From Harriotta raleighana (taxonomy: Eukaryota): a DNA stretch of 64,000 nt. The notes beneath the pieces were generated by a model. The model saw nothing but the letters and a program-made list of their open reading frames with translations, ran no database searches and had not been told where the DNA came from. Below are positions 13,229-23,666 of the stretch, piece by piece (within the stretch, counting starts at the first letter, position 1; every line of letters begins with the position of its first letter). Made by a program: the position numbers and the translations under genes. The stretch covers positions 1,700,284 through 1,764,283 of the forward strand of contig JBNZDD010013596.1 in the NCBI GenBank assembly GCA_050575255.1, in the 5' to 3' direction.

Positions 13229-16200
13229 AAGTAACAAAGCTGCTTTTATCATGTCTGTCATAGGTTTCAAGAAGAGCATCAATGCAAATCTCAACTGAAT
13301 TATTCAGACAACATTGCAAATATGCATTTTAAAGGGTTGAGCTGCACCAACTACCATTTTAAAAGGGCTAACATTCTACCTTATCTTAAGCCTTTAGGAA
13401 CTATTTTGTCTAGAACAAACAGTGTCAAGCATTTTTGATGTATAATTTTTTAAACCAGTATTATTCTGGAAGTAAATTTTCTACAGATCTTAAAAATATG
13501 ACTGGGTTCAAAATTAAGACTTAATTTAGGAATTTTAATAAATGGATTTGTTTGTAATTTGAAGACAAAATGAGTTTTTGACGCATTAGAAACACGTCGT
13601 ACTGCTTAATGAAGAGTATCTTAACTAGACCGTTGAATTTCACATATTCATGGAAATTTTCCTTTGGTCTAGAATGGAGTGTGTACTCTCTCTATGGAGG
13701 GACCCTGTTCATCTTATCTTGAGACATAATAGGCACAGGTTGGCAAGAAGCAAGAGTTGGGGGACATCAAGAGCATGCATCGTAATAATGCCGAAGTTCA
13801 AACAAGCCAAACTACATTGTTAATGTAAGGAATCAGTATAACAAGTGTCTTCTTGTAAAATGTGCTAATACCAAGTGAAAGCACAGAGCTTGTCCAATGG
13901 TAATAATGCTGCTTTGATCACATAAGGAAACCAATATCATTATGATGAGTCTTTGGTGTGTTGTTCTAATTACATTTTAATCTTACCTTTGGGAACCTTA
14001 GTAAACAGGGCAACTCACTAATGATTTGCGTAAGCCTGTTTCTTCATTGAAAGAACAAAAGTGACCAAAATCTTGAATTCAATATTAAGGATATTTCGCT
14101 AAGAACAGCAAATTGACCATTTACTGCCTAATAGTGAGTTTCCACTGTCTGATAATCCACTGCCAATTTTCAAACAAAAACTCTTAAAAAGTCTGTTTAG
14201 CAACGTTCTGTTAAACCAACAGACTATGATTCCTGGCAGCAGTATAGAACAGGAATGTACCCAAGTGTCTTTGTTGTAATAGTAGTATGATAAAGCAATA
14301 CCATTTAGAAAAAAACATATTTTGGTGCTGAAAACCACAACTGATCAATCAGCATCTGAAAAAGAAAAAGAACCGTGTGTTGATAGGAAATTAAAGCATA
14401 CCAATTCTTTACACCCTTAACAATTTTCTAACCCTCACATTTAAAAAAAATATATAAGTCTTCATTCAATTTCAGCTTCAGCGAATATTTTCAGGTCACA
14501 ATGATTGTGAAAAATATACGGTTAATCCGAGGTCAGGCTCTGGAAAAATAGAAAACACGTTCCTTCTGCGGTTGTGCTTCAATACTTAACAAGAATGCAG
14601 CAATTACAGGTTTAGCCTGTTACTGTAACCAAAATAACTTGTTCTGTTTTTTTTCCACCCAGCTTATAGCTGTCATGCAGAAAGAATTGAGAAATTTCTG
14701 ATTTAGTGACTGTCTTTTTTAAAGAGAGCAACATTACCCTATAAGACAGGGTAGTGGATAAAAATAGATACCCAGGAATGATTATACGGTAGTAGTCACA
14801 TTTGCATTTAAAAGTTCACGGAGAAAAATTTAAATAGAAGGGTTGCATTACTGTAGAAGAATTAGTGGTTAACAAGCAGTTTTTAGTGCTGGATTGGTGA
14901 TTTCTTCTGGAGTCATGTCTCCTGTGTAATATTTAACAGCACTTATACAAACAAATGCTTCATTCATATCCACTTGTTGCTAAACGTCATTCACATAACC
15001 AGATTGCAATAGTCTATAAATTGCACACCCTGTACTGTATAAGCCACGTAGAATGATAATTCAGGACTATCCAATTTGTTGAATATTTCATGCGTGTCCC
15101 AAAATGTCCATCAAGGGACATCTGACCACACTTCAGACATTTCTCATTCAATTCTAAATGAAACAAGTGAAGGGAGCGTCTCTCGATATCTTGGCAACAA
15201 TCTCTCAAATAAAATTGTTCATTTACTTCATGGTTGCTTATTTGGCCTCCGCATTTGCCTGCGGAATACTCTTTACAGTGTACCCTTTACAGTCTATCAC
15301 TTTGAGATGTTCTCCTGACAAAATAGGCATGCCAAATGTAAGGATTACTATTCTTTTATTTAACTTCCATGCTATTGAATTCTAGAGGTTTGATTCAACA
15401 AATGTTCGCTGATTTGCACAATGCAAGTTTAAGCTATTCATTTTTCAGCAGGTTTAACTACACTTTACAATAAACTCTGCAAAGCAATTTGGGACATCCT
15501 CACAATGTGAGATGTGATGTATCAAATCCAAAAAGGGATTTTTAAATTTGTTTTCTTGTCAATTGAGTATATGTAGTTCTATCTGAGTCACGTCTCCTCT
15601 TTATGGAAATACCTGCTCTCCATAAATATCCATTTGTTAAATTCCAAATCTTACACCCAGATACATACTAAAATAAGCTTTTCATTTGCATTTTTCCCCA
15701 AAAAACATATTAAGGATGATCTTTTGGAAACATAAGGCAGTCTGCTATCATGGTGAAAGTGTATGTGTGAGGTAAGAGTACAGATGACAGAAGACAACAC
15801 ACACATCAAAGTCTTTTCCAGCCAGATGCTTTAAACAGTCTGTTAGCGGGTCTGAGTCCACAGGCTTTTACACTAATGGTTGCAATCACCCCCAAAAAAC
15901 ATCTGGTCACAGTCAAACTTTTAGAACTGTACAAGAGCCCTGACCTAAATTTTAGGGTAGATAAAAAGAAGCCTTTAAAATATAAAGTGAAATTGTAATA
16001 AATCTCTCGATTTTCTGTTTATTGCTTTAAACGTTTTGAATAAATCTCTTCTCCAAAAAATATCTCTCGAGTATGTAAGGTTGAAAGGGATTTTTAAATG
16101 TACTAAATACATTGCCTTACATTTTTATACGATTGTAACTGAGATGGGAGGCAGCTGGTTAGTAGAATTTTTCTGCTGACCTAGGAGGATTTTGTGATAT

Positions 16201-16311
16201 TCAATCTATCTCTAAAGACAAGTTATTGGGGACTGTTATATAATTTCTGATACAGTATTTGTCAAATCACCTGTGAATGAAGCAGAACGAAGTAAGCCAT
16301 CCTCTTAACTT

Positions 16312-16410
16312 TAAACATTTTACATGTTTCACGCCCTCCCGGCGTGAAAGACGCTCTAGAAATGTAATTTTCTTGTTGTTGCTGTTGTTGTTGTTGTTGT
16401 TATTGTTATA
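16312..16410 (+). mobile_element. Isolated L2-type 3' tail just beyond the osr1 poly(A) signal
   Basis: CCTCCCGGCGTGAAAGACGCTCTAGAAATGTAATTTT followed by (GTT)n. Confidence 0.75.
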
Positions 16411-16464
16411 TGTTCAAGAAAAGGAGCAGTCAATACACTGAATGCTGCCTCTAAGAAATGGCAA

Positions 16465-16470
16465 TTTATT
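16465..16470 (-). terminator. Polyadenylation signal AATAAA of osr1 (3'UTR about 16445-17069)
   Basis: TTTATT on + at 16465-16470, following a U-rich 3'UTR segment. It is the first canonical hexamer I found downstream of either stop codon. Confidence 0.7.
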
Positions 16471-17017
16471 TGTTAAAAGGTTAGAAATCCAGTGGTAAAT
16501 GAAAATAGTAAAAAAAAACAGCATAAAGTGCCAAAAACATTTACAGAGAACATTGTAAAACACATAAGATGGAATGTAACTAATATGTCCGTGTGGTTAA
16601 CTTGCATGGCGTTGTTCTGAAGTTTTCCTTGTTAAATGACTGTAAGGTACCTTGCTCCAATCCACACAGTCTCAGCACCGGCTCCCCTGGCTCACACAGA
16701 CAGGCAAAGGCAGAGACCTGGAGTCCAGTTACACACTGCTGTTCGCTTTCCTCTGCAATGGGGAGACTTGTTTTCACTGGAAGCAGCCGCATTGCTTGGA
16801 TCAGCTGTGAATCCTAAAGCAACAGGGTGCAAATTCCCTTGCAATTGCCGGCAGAAAGATCAAACCACAACCTGGATCCCCCAAAGTCAAGACTTTCCTT
16901 GCACATTCATGTAAACCACAAGTCTTCCCAACATTCCTCCTGTGCAGGTTTCCAGGGCAGGCTTGGTAATCATTGCTAAAGACCCTAACGTCAGTGGTGG
17001 TGATGGTGTGGGGTGGT

Positions 17018-17059
<42 letters not shown>
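17018..17059. repeat. Poly-G(+)/poly-C(sense) homopolymer, about 42 nt
   Basis: Seen directly, starting 10 nt after the long-isoform stop codon. Confidence 0.85.
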
Positions 17060-17061
<2 letters not shown>

Positions 17062-17069
17062 AGCTCTAT

Positions 17070-17291
17070 TCAAATACCGTCGTTATCCATATATTGCAGC
17101 CTTTTAAGCTCTGGATCCTCCCCAGGGTTGTGAGTGAGGCTATGTCGCCTCAGATCACAGTTTCTCCGGAAAACCTTTCCACACTGACGGCAGTTGTACG
17201 GTTTGATGTCAGTGTGGGTAAGGAGGTGTGTTTTCAGGTTGCTCCTCTGATTAAACATTCTGCCACACGTCGGGCATTTGTGAGGAGATTC
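17070..17291 (-). CDS. osr1: osr1 additional terminal exon encoding C2H2 fingers 4 and 5; predicted 322-aa 5-finger isoform
   Basis: Pyrimidine-rich tract and acceptor TTTGACAG|GAA at 17292/17291, in phase 0 with donor CAG|GTAAAA at 17741/17740. Reads ESPHKCPTCGRMFNQRSNLKTHLLTHTDIKPYNCRQCGKVFRRNCDLRRHSLTHNPGEDPELKRLQYMDNDGI*. 647+100+222=969 nt. Confidence 0.88.
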   Translation of the reverse strand, partial: ESPHKCPTCGRMFNQRSNLKTHLLTHTDIKPYNCRQCGKVFRRNCDLRRHSLTHNPGEDPELKRLQYMDNDGI

Positions 17292-17704
17292 CTGTCAAAC
17301 AACACAGAAGACAAAGCGTCACCTTCCAACTCCAAGTTGACGTTGGGATGAGAGAGAGGAAGGGAGGGAGGACCAGTCTTGTGGCCACAGTCACACAAGG
17401 TCCCACCTTTATACACTGCAACAGGGAGCTGCTCACCTGACAGCACACTTCGCGGCTCTCTCTTCCCATAAGTAGGATCCGACAGATCATTTTTTTTTCT
17501 CGGATTGCAATTTTTTTGGAAAAAAAATGAAATAAAAACAGCAGCCGTTTTATAATAGCTTGATTTTTTTTTTGGGGTGGTGGTGGGGGGCTTGGGGGGG
17601 GGGGGGGTTGGGGGGTTGTGGGGTGGGGGGTTTTGTCAGGATGTGTTCACATCTATTCATCAGTGGTTGCATCTCTGTGAGTCCTGCTTGCGGTCTCTTA
17701 TTCC

Positions 17705-18049
<345 letters not shown>

Positions 18050-18347
18050 TTATTTTCCACAGTCAGTAACTCCCAACGAAATTTAACATTGAGGAGGATT
18101 TAAAAGGGAAACACTATGCAATGGGGCCGAGATGGAAAGTCACCGATTCAAACGAGACTGAGATAGCAAAACGCAAAACGCCTCATTTGGAAATGATTCA
18201 GAATTCCCCGAGGTGGCTGTTCATTCCCAAAGTAGCTGGTATTTTATCAAACTCTTAAATCCCCCAGTTGGCTGTTTTCCGTGTCTCCTGTCCGACATAT
18301 AATTATATACTGACTGGAGTTAGGTGGCAGCAGTCATACAGTCAACC

Positions 18348-18473
18348 AGTGAGTGGGTGGGTGGGTAGGTGAGTGAGTGAGTGAGTGAGTGGGTGGGTAG
18401 GTAAGTGAGTGAGTGGGTGGGTGGGTAGGTAAGTGAGTGAGTGGGTGGGTGGGTAGGTAAGTGAGTGAGTGGG
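18348..18473. repeat. Compound GTGA/GTGG/GTAG tetranucleotide satellite in an osr1 intron, running into an N gap
   Basis: Direct reading; gap at 18474-18638; (CA)n follows. Confidence 0.9.
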
Positions 18474-18652
18474 NNNNNNNNNNNNNNNNNNNNNNNNNNN
18501 NNNNNNNNNNNNNNNNNNNNNNNNNNNNNNNNNNNNNNNNNNNNNNNNNNNNNNNNNNNNNNNNNNNNNNNNNNNNNNNNNNNNNNNNNNNNNNNNNNNN
18601 NNNNNNNNNNNNNNNNNNNNNNNNNNNNNNNNNNNNNNGAACCTGTGAATGT

Positions 18653-18684
<32 letters not shown>

Positions 18685-18690
18685 CCTTAC

Positions 18691-19337
18691 CTGTGATCAC
18701 GCAGATGGTCCTGTCTCCTGAAAGCCTTGTGGCAGATGTCACACGTGTAGGGTCGTTCATCCGTGTGGGTCCTCTCGTGTATCAACAGATTGTAAGATTT
18801 GGTAAAGTGCCTCCCGCAAAACTTGCAAACGAACTCTTTCTTGGTTTTGGACGGCAGACGGCCCCTGGTGGGCTTCCTCTCGGGGGACAGCTTACTGACG
18901 TCCAGCAAGGAGCCCATCGCCGAGGGGGAGCAGTGTCCATCCGTCTGGGACACCAGCTTCGGGTGTTCCTCCTGCGTAGCGGCGATGGCCAGGTTGGCGA
19001 AGTCAAAGCGGGGTCTGGCCTTGGCAGGAAGACTCCCGGAGTCTTGCTTGGGCTGGAAGACGTGGGGGAAGATGGGGATGGTGGGCAGCTGAAACCTGGC
19101 GTCCACCACAGCCGCCACGGCCGGCACTTTGGAGAAAGACGAGCGGGCGAGAGGCATCGGCGGGTATCCTAGCGTCCACTGGTGCAGATGGACAGTGTGT
19201 AGGGTACTGAAGCCATATAGGTTGGGGAGGTGGTCTGCGGGGCTCGGAATGCCGCTGGAAGCTTGGAGGAAGGAGTAGTTGGCGAGCTGTACCGAAGGGT
19301 GGATGGGGACCGGAGCTGGGATAGTTTTACTGCCCAT
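18691..19337 (-). CDS. osr1: osr1 first coding exon (N-terminal region, eh1-like FDFANLA motif, ZF1 and most of ZF2)
   Basis: Translation [25 protein letters not shown]...[23 protein letters not shown]...RSSFSKVP...[31 protein letters not shown] carries OSR1-type rather than OSR2-type residues. Strong Kozak context AGGATGG. Ends at phase-2 donor CACAG|GTAAGG (18691/18690). Confidence 0.96.
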
Positions 19338-19393
19338 CCTGCTGACCAGGGACCCTCGGCCGGGCGGAGACCTCGAGAGCTCGAAGCAAACGT
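19338..19393 (-). other. osr1: 5'UTR part of the first coding exon; upstream non-coding exon not resolved
   Basis: Acceptor GTTGTTTTGCAG|ACG at 19394/19393. No upstream ATG in these 56 nt. Vertebrate Osr genes have a non-coding first exon. Confidence 0.7.
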
Positions 19394-20345
19394 CTGCAAA
19401 ACAACCCAACACAAGGCAGGGAATGAGTGATCTCGACTGAGAGCAAAAGCCCAATTCTCTTTCCAATACACCGAGACACAGACACGCCCCCATCCCTCCC
19501 CCCCCCCCATCACCAGCCCCCCTCCCCCACCCTGCCCCCACTCCCCTCCCCCCAGCCAGACACATCCCTAAAAGGGGGAAGTTCCAGTTAGCAAACGAAC
19601 ACATTGCTGGTGACTGGATTGGACAAAATTGGCTGATGGTCGAAATGCCTTTGAAACTAGTTACAAGTTATCTGGTCTTTTGTTGCTTTTTTTTAGAAAA
19701 AAAACTTGAAAGAGCTCGTTTTTTAATGACACACACACACACACACNTTTAGAAAAAAAACTTGAAAGAGCTCGTTTTTTAATGACACACACACACATAT
19801 ATATATATAGATAGATAGATAGATGGACAGACAGACAGACAGATAGATAGACAGATCGATCGATCTATTCAAAGTGAGAGAGAGAAGTCCGAGTCACACT
19901 TGGGGACGCAGCCTGTGTCTGAACTGTCGGGAGAGCCACATCAACGTCGAGCATTGAAGCGTTGTAGCTTGACTGCGGATCCGAGATCCAGTTCACTCCC
20001 GTGTCACGTTGACCTCAGTGGGAGCCAGCGGGACAAGAGCAACTCTGGAGTCTCCATTGCCAAAAGGGAGCGTGTGTTGCGGTCGGTCTGTTAGTCCTTG
20101 CAAAGACTCAACCCCCTCGTGAAAATTACGGAGAAATACGTGTAGGTCCTGAAACCCCAGCAGCGATTCAGTAAATGCTTCCACATCCGCCATCTCCCTG
20201 GCGAGAGTCTAGTCCCGAAGTATTCCCCAACTCCGAAAGCCTACGTGAAGCGCAGATGGTGTATAAAGCATGTTGGGGGCATTAAGATGAAATGCCTCTC
20301 TCCACATGCGTCGGTGCGTTTGGGGTGGTGAGCAGTCAGCGACTT

Positions 20346-20802
20346 AAGCGTGTTCCTGATGTGCTCCTGATCTGAAGCGTGTTCCTGATGTGCTCCTGAT
20401 CTGAAGCGTGTTCCTGATGTGCTCCTGATCTGAAGCGTGTTCCTGATGTGCTCCTGATCTGAAGCGTGTTCCTGATGTGCTCCTGATCTGAAGCGTGTTC
20501 CTGATGTGCTCCTGATCTGAAGCGTGTTCCTGATGTGCTCCTGATCTGAAGCGTGTTCCTGATGTGCTCCTGATCTGAAGCGTGTTCCTGATGTGCTCCT
20601 GATCTGAAGCGTGTTCCTGATGTGCTCCTGATCTGAAGCGTGTTCCTGATGTGCTCCTGATCTGAAGCGTGTTCCTGATGTGCTCCTGATCTGAAGCGTG
20701 TTCCTGATGTGCTCCTGATCTGAAGCGTGTTCCTGATGTGCTCCTGATCTGAAGCGTGTTCCTGATGTGCTCCTGATCTGAAGCGTGTTCCTGATGTGCT
20801 CC
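20346..20802. repeat. 29-bp minisatellite, 15 full copies plus 22 bp
   Basis: Unit AAGCGTGTTCCTGATGTGCTCCTGATCTG. Unit starts at 20346 and 20781 are 15x29 apart. The ORF track shows a 29-aa period. Confidence 0.97.
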
Positions 20803-23594
20803 AAACCAATGCAAGGCAGATTTCAAACTAGACTGGAGCTCAGATCACTCGCCGTTATCTTCCCTTTCCTGGGGCAGCCAGGGGGAATCACACAGTCCCA
20901 AGCCTTCGCCCGTTCTTAAAACCGATGTAACATTCAAGCAAGATATTTTCAACCTCCAGCCTCACAGGAGCCATCAATAAGGTATCGTGACAAGTTGCAA
21001 CCCCCCCAGGAGACGAACGTTTGTTTTTATTCCCCCTTTTCCTCGCTTTAAAGGGCCAAATAGTAACCACCTGGCAATTATCGCCTTGTGCTGTGAGGCA
21101 CATTGCTCTGGAACCTACCGTTTGTGCAAGATTTTATCCCCACTCCCATCTAGTCCCAAGAAAAAATGTCAAACATTTTTTTTCAAGCGTTATCGCTTTG
21201 CAATTGGAAGAGCAGGTTTCAAACATTATGTCTCGACTTGAAATCATTTTATTGAGCGGATCCATCTATATTGAGTGGATCTATCTATCTACCTATCTAT
21301 CTGTCTATCTCTCTCTCTGTCTCTCTGTCTGTCTGTCTGTCTATCTCTTTCTCCGNCATTTTATTGAGCGGATCNNNNNNNNNNNNNNNNNNNNNNNNNN
21401 NNNNNNNNNNNNNNNNNNNNNNNNNNNNNNNNNNNNNNNNNNNNNNNNNNNNNNNNNNNNNNNNNNNNNNNNNNNNNNNNNNNNNNNNNNNNNNNNNNNN
21501 NNNNNNNNNNNNAACATATATCTAATAAATATCTTATCAAATATAAATGCGTTTGCTGGGAGCAAACCTTGCCCCACAGGCACATATGACAGACTATACC
21601 CCAGGCAAGACAGCCTCGTAAGAAGGCGTTTTGAGAGTCATTTCTCAGCTAAACCTACTCCAGAAACAATTTCGTCATTTTGAAATCACATTGCTCACGT
21701 TAAACGGGGTTGAAATGAATATGTTACAAAACGATGCCTTCCACCGGTTCAAAACAATATTAATTCTCAGTCTATCCTGATTCAGTGACTGCTGTGGGGT
21801 GGGGGGGGGGGTTCATTTAACGAACAATTTGATTCTACAGCAAAATATGCCGCCTTTCATTCTCCAGGGTCGTTTTGCAATGTTTAACGATGGAGATAAA
21901 GGGAGAGAGAGAGAGAGAGAGAGAGAGAGGGGGAAAAAAGTTCGATGCAAAAAAAAAAGCAGCGGTATATTTGGAATAAATAATGTGAGATACAAGTGAT
22001 TAGCATTTCTGGTGCTGGAATCTCCGAGGGATTTGTTGGTTCCTGATCACGACGTGGAAGTAATTTGAGTCTTGCTCAAGGGATCATCAGAAAGATCCCA
22101 ACAGTTAAGTTATTCAAGGGTTTTTTTTTCATTTAGTAAAAGGTAGGGATTGGGGGGGTGACGGGGGGACGGGGACTTAACACTGAGCTGAACAGGTAGA
22201 CGCAATGCAGAACAATTCAGAGACATCACTGTTAACAGTGAGACGGAATTTCCCTCTGGAGCATTTACAAAGAGAGGGAGAGAGAGAGAGAGAGAGAAAA
22301 TACACACAAGTTGCGTCTCGTACGAGTAATCTGTGGCACATCATTCGCCAGGAATTGGTCCATCGAGCGGAATCGACACCGGGAGGAATTCATCTGCGAT
22401 GACCCGGAATAAAATACAGTGACATTTCACCGAGATTGGCTTTGCTAATTGGTGAGACCTCCCCATTAGCGTTGGGAAGAAAAGTCACACCAGAAAATCT
22501 CCTCTCAACTCCCAGCAAGTCACGACAGATAACGCTCAGCGCAGCTCGTCAGCAATCATTTGTCCCCCGACGATGCGATGAAAGGAATACCAGTTGTGGT
22601 ATCCACAATTATATTAGCTGATGATTTAATGTGTATTTATGTGAACTTGGTACTTCACAGACTCACAACCGCACAGGCTGGAAGGCTGAAAGTATTCTTA
22701 CATTACAGCAATCAGACGAGAGAATATACACACACAAAAATATCTATCTTATATTTTTTTAGCCCCCAAATCATTCAAACTGCTGAGTTTCCGAATCTAG
22801 TCTTAAAAACAAAATGTTGATGCTATCGAGAGCAACACGATAATTGGGAGGGTATTTCACTGGCCTCGAACTTGTCTGTTGTGTGTCCTGGTTTGATAAA
22901 AAAAAAGTACATTAAACTATGCACACGGACACTGCAAGGTTGTAAACAGAGCCTTTGGGGGTTTACAGCAGTTCAATTAAATCATTTCCACCAACTCCCT
23001 GACAAAATGTAAAGCAATTTTGAGTCAGTTTAAAGTAGGTGCAGCTACTTTTCAGCTGTTATATTTGTGGAGGAAGGAACGAAAAAATAGGCGAGATGCA
23101 TGCTACTGGAGGACGTTTTTAACATCGAAATCTACTCTTCATCTCATCCAGGTTAGAGACACGTCGAATTAGGAGGCTAAGGCTTTGATCGCGATCTTTG
23201 CTGAAATATTTTATCCGTGAAATTTGAAGCGTCTCTTAAATATATATATATCTATCGAAATTTGTCAGGTGAGGTAGATGTATTTGAACGGCTATTGAAA
23301 TGCATGGCACAAGCGGACCTCAAACGTCTGATCTCTGTTAAAACTCTCGGGCTATCACGATTGAATGTCTTTTGAAGGTTGAAAACAGCGGCTGTGTGTG
23401 TCGAGTTTTATAATGTGAAGAAATCACACGCGGGAACAGACGTAATCCGTTCGACTTGCGCTTTCCTTTCAAATCGATTGACATCTGGAGCAAGGGTTAG
23501 AGATATGCAGCCGAGAACATAACCTACTAAACGCTTGCTCTCTGGGGACACAATGCAGAAGATTCCGCCTTGTAATTTCCCCTCAATACACTCA

Positions 23595-23666
23595 GAAAAG
23601 ATAATTCGCGAGAAGATAATTCGTGAGAAGATAATTCGTGAGAAGATAATTCGTGAAAAGATAATT
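23595..23666. repeat. 15-bp tandem repeat, about 4.8 copies, each containing AGATAA
   Basis: Unit GAGAAGATAATTCGT; AGATAA at 23599, 23614, 23629, 23644 and 23659. Confidence 0.92.

Noticed and set aside
18465-19172. 235-aa plus-strand ORF
   Set aside because: Antisense shadow of the GC-rich osr1 exon; it starts in a satellite and an N gap.
19338-19604. 89-aa N-terminal extension in the 305-aa ORF
   Set aside because: It crosses a clear splice acceptor at 19394 into G-rich intron, and the conserved start is MGSK at 19337.
20241-20826. Three 157-187-aa repetitive ORFs, or a CRISPR-like array
   Set aside because: These are translations of the stop-free 29-bp minisatellite. Units are contiguous with no spacers, and the context is eukaryotic.
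19860-21100. Exact non-coding exon 1 and TATA box of osr1
   Set aside because: Only weak donor candidates (AA|GTGTGA near 19898, CAC|GTAGGC near 20244) and TTTAAA-like boxes; I cannot choose between them without transcript data.
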